DNA from: a virus
Lineage: Duplodnaviria; Caudoviricetes
Length of the DNA: 64,000 bases
Direction: 5' to 3' (one strand)
IMG/VR virus record: IMGVR_UViG_3300024269_004845
The notes beneath the pieces were generated by a model. The model did no database searches and had not been told where the DNA came from. It worked only from the letters and a program-made list of their open reading frames with translations. The translations under genes and the position numbers were made by a program. Below are positions 58,912 to 64,000 of this stretch, piece by piece. The stretch's first letter is position 1; each line of letters begins with the position of its first letter.

Positions 58912-60261
58912 ATGAACATTGTTATCAGAAAAGGGGAAAAGCAGTATTCGCTTATTCCTGGGAAAGCTGCTAGTAGCAGAAGTACCTTCAACATGGGTGA
59001 CGAAAAAGAAATTATCTGTGAGTCAGCAGAATACATGGTAGAAGAAACGTCCGATGCCATTAAGCTACTGTCTCGGGATGTTAAATGCGTATTCGAAGAG
59101 GAATATGGCATGGAATATCCTGTGTTCTCTTACGGTACTACCAATCTGGTATTGGCTTTTGATAAGTCCAGCCAGCATATCGATGGAGAATACGAAAGCA
59201 TCATCGAACAGCTTTGTTATGTAGAAGAATTCGGTGAGTTTCTGAATCGTGTGGCCTACCACATTAATAAGTACATGTATGTAATCTACTGTACCGAAAT
59301 GAAGTGCCATTCTTATTATGGCTGGTCGATGAATCGACACACTGCTTTAAATACCATTAAGTTTATCAACGATGGTGTTTTTGGGCAGCTTGAAAGTCTC
59401 ATTAAGAATTTGGGTTTGGAGTTCTTTACGAGCAACATTTCTCGTGAAGATTTCACACTGAACAACGCAAAGAAGCTTCATCGTGTCGTCGAACTGCCTA
59501 AGCAGGCCATTGATTTCTTGAAGGATAAGGAATTTGCAGACCTCCTGTCTCAGTTCCGAATTCTTGCCGCTGATGACCCCAATGAGGTTATCACGCTTGT
59601 TGATTGGTACAACAAGTACAAGAAGTATCAGAATCTTAAGAAAGGTCTTCAGGAATTCAAGAGTTATGTTAATCTTTTGGTAGATATCAAGAAGAAGGAT
59701 GATAGGATTACTCTTAATCGTTTGATTCCTTATCTTGCTGCTCAGAGATTCTACTATTGTTGGCCTGTAGAAGACAAATTCGAACTTCCTTACTCTGAAG
59801 CACGTCTATATCGTGACTATCAGAATCTTGGCGGTGGAGAAACTTATCCTTCCTGCCTTGAAGCCGCTCACAACATCCTTGAGCGAAACAAGAGCATTAC
59901 TAACAACAAAGAGCTTTGCGATAAGTTTGCTGAGGTTGTAAAGCCTCTCAAGGCGCTGGAATGGGTACATGATGGTTATACCATTGTCGCTCCCGTTAAG
60001 GCTCAGGACTTTGTAGATGAGGGTGAAGCACTTCATCACTGTCTTGCAACTTACGTAGAGTTGGTTGCGAACGGCTCCGAAAAAGTAATGTTCCTCAGAG
60101 ACGAAAAGACGCCAGAACAGTCTTTGGTAACCTTTGCTTTTGACGATAATTTCAATATTGTTGAGGCTAAGGAAGCTTATAACGTCGATGTTGAGGAACC
60201 TAAGATTCTGAAGGTTCTTCAGGATTGGAAGAAAAAGCAGCGTGCTGCAATGTCTAAATAA
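58912..60261 (+). CDS. PcfJ-domain protein, copy 3
   Basis: YPSCLEAAHN...EGEALHHCLATY...VMFLRD....QSLVT. Confidence 0.83.
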   Translation: MNIVIRKGEKQYSLIPGKAASSRSTFNMGDEKEIICESAEYMVEETSDAIKLLSRDVKCVFEEEYGMEYPVFSYGTTNLVLAFDKSSQHIDGEYESIIEQLCYVEEFGEFLNRVAYHINKYMYVIYCTEMKCHSYYGWSMNRHTALNTIKFINDGVFGQLESLIKNLGLEFFTSNISREDFTLNNAKKLHRVVELPKQAIDFLKDKEFADLLSQFRILAADDPNEVITLVDWYNKYKKYQNLKKGLQEFKSYVNLLVDIKKKDDRITLNRLIPYLAAQRFYYCWPVEDKFELPYSEARLYRDYQNLGGGETYPSCLEAAHNILERNKSITNNKELCDKFAEVVKPLKALEWVHDGYTIVAPVKAQDFVDEGEALHHCLATYVELVANGSEKVMFLRDEKTPEQSLVTFAFDDNFNIVEAKEAYNVDVEEPKILKVLQDWKKKQRAAMSK

Positions 60262-60281
60262 CAAAATGGAGGAGAAAAAAC

Positions 60282-61505
60282 ATGGCTGTAAGAATTTTTA
60301 ATTCGTGTACCAATACCCATTATCTCACTGAAATGGGTATCGAAGGTATTACTATCAATGTAAATGACGGGAAGGATACTCGTCATGTTTGTGCTTGTGG
60401 ATGGGTTGATAAGGGAGATATTGATACCTGTCCTAAGTGCGGTAACAAGCATTGGGTTTTTGTTTCTGCTAATAATTGGAGTAGAAGCTCTGTGCCCGTT
60501 TATATCAAGTCTAAGGAACCTGTGATTCGTCCTATCGGTTCTGGTTTTGAAATCATCGAAACCGCTTTGAAGGTTTTCGAAACTTCCGCTAAGCAGTTGA
60601 ATCTTGCTTATGAGGATTTTTCTACTCTCGAAGTCGACCTATGGAAGCTCGATTACAAGAATCGTCCTCGTGTGAGTATCAATAATGATATCGACATCAC
60701 TAAATACCTCATCGAGCATATTGGTGAGATTACTGATGAAGCTATTAGAGATACCATTTTGGACGCCGTAAGAGTATCTTCTGGTATTTGGGGCGGGAAC
60801 AATTATCTTGCCATGGCTTATAAATTGATTGGATATCCTTGTGTTATGCATCTTCTAACCGATGAGAATATCGCCAAGTATGCAAGATTTTTTAAGGAAT
60901 CCTTCAATCGTAATGAGTGGAATCGCAGTGACCCGTTTCCTGGGAACACTTGTCTAACTATGAAAGAGTTCTGGGCTCTTATGGGGCTTCCTGAAGACTA
61001 CGCCGCATACTACGCTTCTGACAGTTTTAGCTATTCGTACTACTATTACAGAAGTTCTGAAGATAAGATTGAACCCGCTAAGCTGCATGCTCTTCCTATC
61101 GAATTGCAGCGCACAATGAAGAGTTGTTTGGAGCACAAGACCATCACTCTTCAGACGATTCGGAGTATTTTGAGCTGGTCCGATGGTCAGAGCGAAAAAA
61201 CTCTGGTTCTTCTTGCTAAGTTTATGAAACGTCATGGAATGCAGTATCAAGGAAGAGTCTTTGACCGATTCAAAGAATATCTTTCTTTGGCTCATGATAT
61301 GGGCTATGATGAGGAAAGCATTCTGCAGCCTCGTAGATTTTCCATGCTCGAAGCCATGACACTTCTAAAGCGTAGAGGGTATCCTGATTCTCGTGTTAGC
61401 GCTTTTTGTGATATATTTGACCTTAACCCTTCCGTTGGTCTGGGACTACTTGGTTCTAAGGCTCAGCTTAAGAAGGATGAGGCAGATAAGATTTACAATC
61501 GGTAA
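60282..61505 (+). CDS. Zn-ribbon partner protein, copy 3
   Basis: CACG...CPKCGN. Confidence 0.75.
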   Translation: MAVRIFNSCTNTHYLTEMGIEGITINVNDGKDTRHVCACGWVDKGDIDTCPKCGNKHWVFVSANNWSRSSVPVYIKSKEPVIRPIGSGFEIIETALKVFETSAKQLNLAYEDFSTLEVDLWKLDYKNRPRVSINNDIDITKYLIEHIGEITDEAIRDTILDAVRVSSGIWGGNNYLAMAYKLIGYPCVMHLLTDENIAKYARFFKESFNRNEWNRSDPFPGNTCLTMKEFWALMGLPEDYAAYYASDSFSYSYYYYRSSEDKIEPAKLHALPIELQRTMKSCLEHKTITLQTIRSILSWSDGQSEKTLVLLAKFMKRHGMQYQGRVFDRFKEYLSLAHDMGYDEESILQPRRFSMLEAMTLLKRRGYPDSRVSAFCDIFDLNPSVGLGLLGSKAQLKKDEADKIYNR

Positions 61506-61511
61506 CATATT

Positions 61512-61581
61512 GAGACTCGCACGAATGCGAGTCTCTTTTTTTTGAAAAAAATAAAACCACCGTTTTTTAACGGTGGTTTTT
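61512..61581. terminator. Two hairpins between convergent genes
   Basis: GAGACTCGCA/TGCGAGTCTC + T run; AAAACCACCGTT/AACGGTGGTTTT. Confidence 0.78.
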
Positions 61582-61595
61582 ACATTATTAAATAA

Positions 61596-61880
61596 TTAAT
61601 CTTCTACGGAATCAGCTTCGACAGAACCCTTCTTATTTAATTTCATATGTCTATACATATATGTATCGATAGCTCTATTAATGTCTCCAGTAGTAGTTAA
61701 ATTCATTCTTTCAAGCTGGTATTCTAAGCTATCACCAGAGAACTTATCGCAAAGTTCCTCACAAATTGCATTACACAATACTGAGCGGTTATATTCACCT
61801 GTCTTTTCAATGGCATTTGCGATAATCTTTTTTGTACCTCTAGTTAATACTTCTGGATTCTTATTAATCTTTTTTCCCAT
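61596..61880 (-). CDS. Small hypothetical protein (94 aa)
   Basis: RBS AAGGAG before ATG 61880. Confidence 0.65.
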   Translation of the reverse strand: MGKKINKNPEVLTRGTKKIIANAIEKTGEYNRSVLCNAICEELCDKFSGDSLEYQLERMNLTTTGDINRAIDTYMYRHMKLNKKGSVEADSVED

Positions 61881-62066
61881 TTTAATCACGCTCCTTATTT
61901 TTGGTTGGATGAGTGCGATATTATATGTCAAATGTTTGTTTAAAACTCTTATATCACTGCTCATTAAATTATATTATTTGCTTATTTACATTATAATATA
62001 TATTATTGAAAAAATCAAGTCTTTTTGAGAAAAAAATAAAAAAAATATAAAAAAGGGGTGATTGCG

Positions 62067-62240
62067 TTGATTAATAGAATGAAATACGCCATTACAGGAG
62101 AAAACGGCGGGCCAACCGTTGAATTAATAGTTGCTATTTCTGTCGCATTAACGTTTGTAATTGCTCTTGGGAGTTTGGCAGCTACCGTTATTTCGTGGAT
62201 TGCTGGCGCCACTGGTGCAGTTTCATCCCTTCATGAATAA
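62067..62240 (+). CDS. Flp-type pilin
   Basis: Class III signal ENG|GPTVE (Glu at +5) followed by a hydrophobic helix. Confidence 0.72.
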   Translation: MINRMKYAITGENGGPTVELIVAISVALTFVIALGSLAATVISWIAGATGAVSSLHE

Positions 62241-62254
62241 TGGGGGTGGTGCAA

Positions 62255-62863
62255 ATGTTTAAAAAACTCAAGAATAATAACAACGGTAATATAGAAATAA
62301 CACGTGTAATTTGTTATTTTTACTTAATAATTTGCATCGCATTTGTACTTGATATAATTTTCGTAATCGGTCAAAATGTTGTAACTTCTTATGAGGCTGC
62401 ATATTACGCGGAAAAGATATCTATCCAGGGTGGGTTAGTCGGAGATAAAGCGTTTTATCCATCAATAGCTGAAGTAAAGAAAATGAATGGGGCTAATGCT
62501 TGTTATACTTACCAAAAGCCATGTGAAAATAGTTGCTTACCAAATGGAACGATAACTGAAAGAATATCGACAACACTTGGATATTTCGGAGTTGCGCCAA
62601 ATGAATGGGCTGGCTATTTACAAGGAGGGGGAGAAACCACAGTATTCCATTCCAAAATGAATCAGGCTACAGGTGGAGATAAAAGAAAGGTTTATGATTA
62701 TATGTCTACCGCAACCTTTATTATTAGTTCCGACTGGCAACCCATATTCGCTAAATATTTATGGGCTGAAGATTTTTACACAATTGAAAAGTATGTGCCG
62801 ATTGTTATTGAATATATTCCTCAAGTAAATCCAAATGATGATGCCTGCAAGAATCTTTATTGA
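62255..62863 (+). CDS. TadE-like minor pilin
   Basis: KKLKNNNNG| leader, hydrophobic helix with D, then AAYYA..ISIQGG. Confidence 0.62.
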   Translation: MFKKLKNNNNGNIEITRVICYFYLIICIAFVLDIIFVIGQNVVTSYEAAYYAEKISIQGGLVGDKAFYPSIAEVKKMNGANACYTYQKPCENSCLPNGTITERISTTLGYFGVAPNEWAGYLQGGGETTVFHSKMNQATGGDKRKVYDYMSTATFIISSDWQPIFAKYLWAEDFYTIEKYVPIVIEYIPQVNPNDDACKNLY

Positions 62864-62878
62864 GGAGGTTGATATCAT

Positions 62879-63460
62879 ATGAATTTTTTCAATAAAATAA
62901 AAAACAATAAAGGTAGTGCTGAAAGTGCTATGTTTGTTTTTGGTCTTGCGATATTTGCGACTATAGTAGTGTTTTCAATGGATATATTTGGACTTACTTG
63001 GCAGCGTTATTTATCAACTAGAGAGCTTTCGAATATGTCGCGTTTATACGCTATTAGAGCAACGGACTTGTATATTGATGATTCCCAATCAGGTGTTCTG
63101 GACAGTATGATAACCACTCCAGACAAATCAGACTTGGGGAAAGAAATGGCAGATATCATGAAAATGATTGTCGCTCACGGGAAAATAGATAATGCAGTTT
63201 TGACCATAACAAAGGGTCCTGGGGGAGTTCAGTTATTAAGAATCACAGCTGATAGAAATTCCACTGATATAGTTGCAGCAGGATACGAACAAATAAAAGT
63301 TTTAGATTATGGTGATGATTTAATTGCTGAATTAAAAATAGAATATAATAATTCTACTTTTAAGGGCGTTGGAGCTCAAGAAAAATCAAAAAACTCATAT
63401 GTGATTCAAAACAAATTTGCATTTGAAGACTTTGCTCATGATGGAAACAATGTTGGATAA
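62879..63460 (+). CDS. TadE/F-like minor pilin
   Basis: KIKNNKG|SAE leader + hydrophobic helix. Confidence 0.62.
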   Translation: MNFFNKIKNNKGSAESAMFVFGLAIFATIVVFSMDIFGLTWQRYLSTRELSNMSRLYAIRATDLYIDDSQSGVLDSMITTPDKSDLGKEMADIMKMIVAHGKIDNAVLTITKGPGGVQLLRITADRNSTDIVAAGYEQIKVLDYGDDLIAELKIEYNNSTFKGVGAQEKSKNSYVIQNKFAFEDFAHDGNNVG

Positions 63461-63472
63461 GGAGGTATTGCT

Positions 63473-64000
63473 ATGATAAAAAAGTTAAAAAATAATAATC
63501 GTGGTGGTGCCGACCTCCAATTTGCAATTGCAACATTCTTATATATGTTTGTTGTCTGTGTTGGGTTATTGCTAGACTTTTGGTACGTTTCTTCTGCAAA
63601 AGTACATGTTTTAAAGACTGTAGAAGCTGCAGAATTATATTGTCTAGTTACTAATGCTCCTGAAAGTCATCACGATGCATCTGCAAAATACGAAAGTCTT
63701 TGGGAAATGAATTTAGCTGCTAACCAACAAGCTGCTTTGAATTGTGCTAAACCAGAGTTAGAAGCTCGTTTGGGTAATTTACCATATCTTAAACCTGGCG
63801 ATGAGGGTCTTGATATTCAGCATGTCTTTGGGTTAGGTAACACAATAGGACAAATGGGGATAAGTACTGAGATGAGATATCAAGTAAAAACAATGATTAG
63901 AAGTCCTCAACAATTATTTAACTTCATGAGACCTGACAACCTAGAATTAACGGCTGCAAGATGGGTTCCATTAAAGGTAACTTCTAAACTAGTACCTATG
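63473..64000 (+). CDS. TadG/TadE-like minor pilin; runs off the right edge
   Basis: Not in the ORF track; MIKKLKNNNRG|GADLQFAIATFLYMFVVCVGLLLDF; open to the window end; RBS AGGAGG. Confidence 0.65.
   Translation, partial: MIKKLKNNNRGGADLQFAIATFLYMFVVCVGLLLDFWYVSSAKVHVLKTVEAAELYCLVTNAPESHHDASAKYESLWEMNLAANQQAALNCAKPELEARLGNLPYLKPGDEGLDIQHVFGLGNTIGQMGISTEMRYQVKTMIRSPQQLFNFMRPDNLELTAARWVPLKVTSKLVPM

Noticed and set aside
53565-61505. Diversity-generating retroelement or recent tandem duplication
   Set aside because: No reverse transcriptase and no near-identical TR/VR repeats seen; copies are similar mainly at the protein-motif level.
1-64000. Jumbo phage or alternative genetic code
   Set aside because: No virion or terminase genes in the window, Tad/Sec/membrane genes dominate, and ORFs are full-length under the standard code. 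A phage-plasmid cannot be excluded from this window alone.
1-64000. CRISPR arrays, tRNA or rRNA genes
   Set aside because: None seen; intergenic gaps are short and explained by promoters and terminators.

Overview
AT-rich, gene-dense 64 kb segment that looks like part of a very large extrachromosomal element (megaplasmid or giant conjugative element) of a Bacillota/Clostridia-like host. There are no rRNA or tRNA genes, ribosomal-protein operons, central metabolism or phage virion genes. The window instead carries divergent stand-alone copies of normally chromosomal functions: SecY+SecE, FtsH, a sigma-70, SpoVG, AbrB, an S1-domain protein and two YhaM-like proteins. It also has a recombination set (RecA, RadA, RecD2, RuvC, SSB, TOPRIM primase-like), scattered Tad/Flp pilus and conjugation-type genes (two prepilin peptidases, TadB/TadC, Flp/TadE-like pilins, a VirB2-like pilin, three replication-relaxation-like proteins) and an MBOAT/DHHW surface O-acylation operon. 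Most genes sit in short units with their own promoter and a strong palindromic terminator. The most interesting items are: (1) three tandem, strongly diverged two-gene cassettes (PcfJ-domain protein + Zn-ribbon partner); (2) a non-canonical promoter motif shared by these cassettes and an SSB/primase/HIRAN-AAA operon, possibly read by the element's own sigma factor, whose -35-reading residues are altered; (3) an element-encoded secY-secE operon; (4) a miniaturised TnpB-derived nuclease; (5) an active/dead YhaM pair; (6) apparent GATC avoidance. All family calls come from motif recognition by eye; no database search was run.
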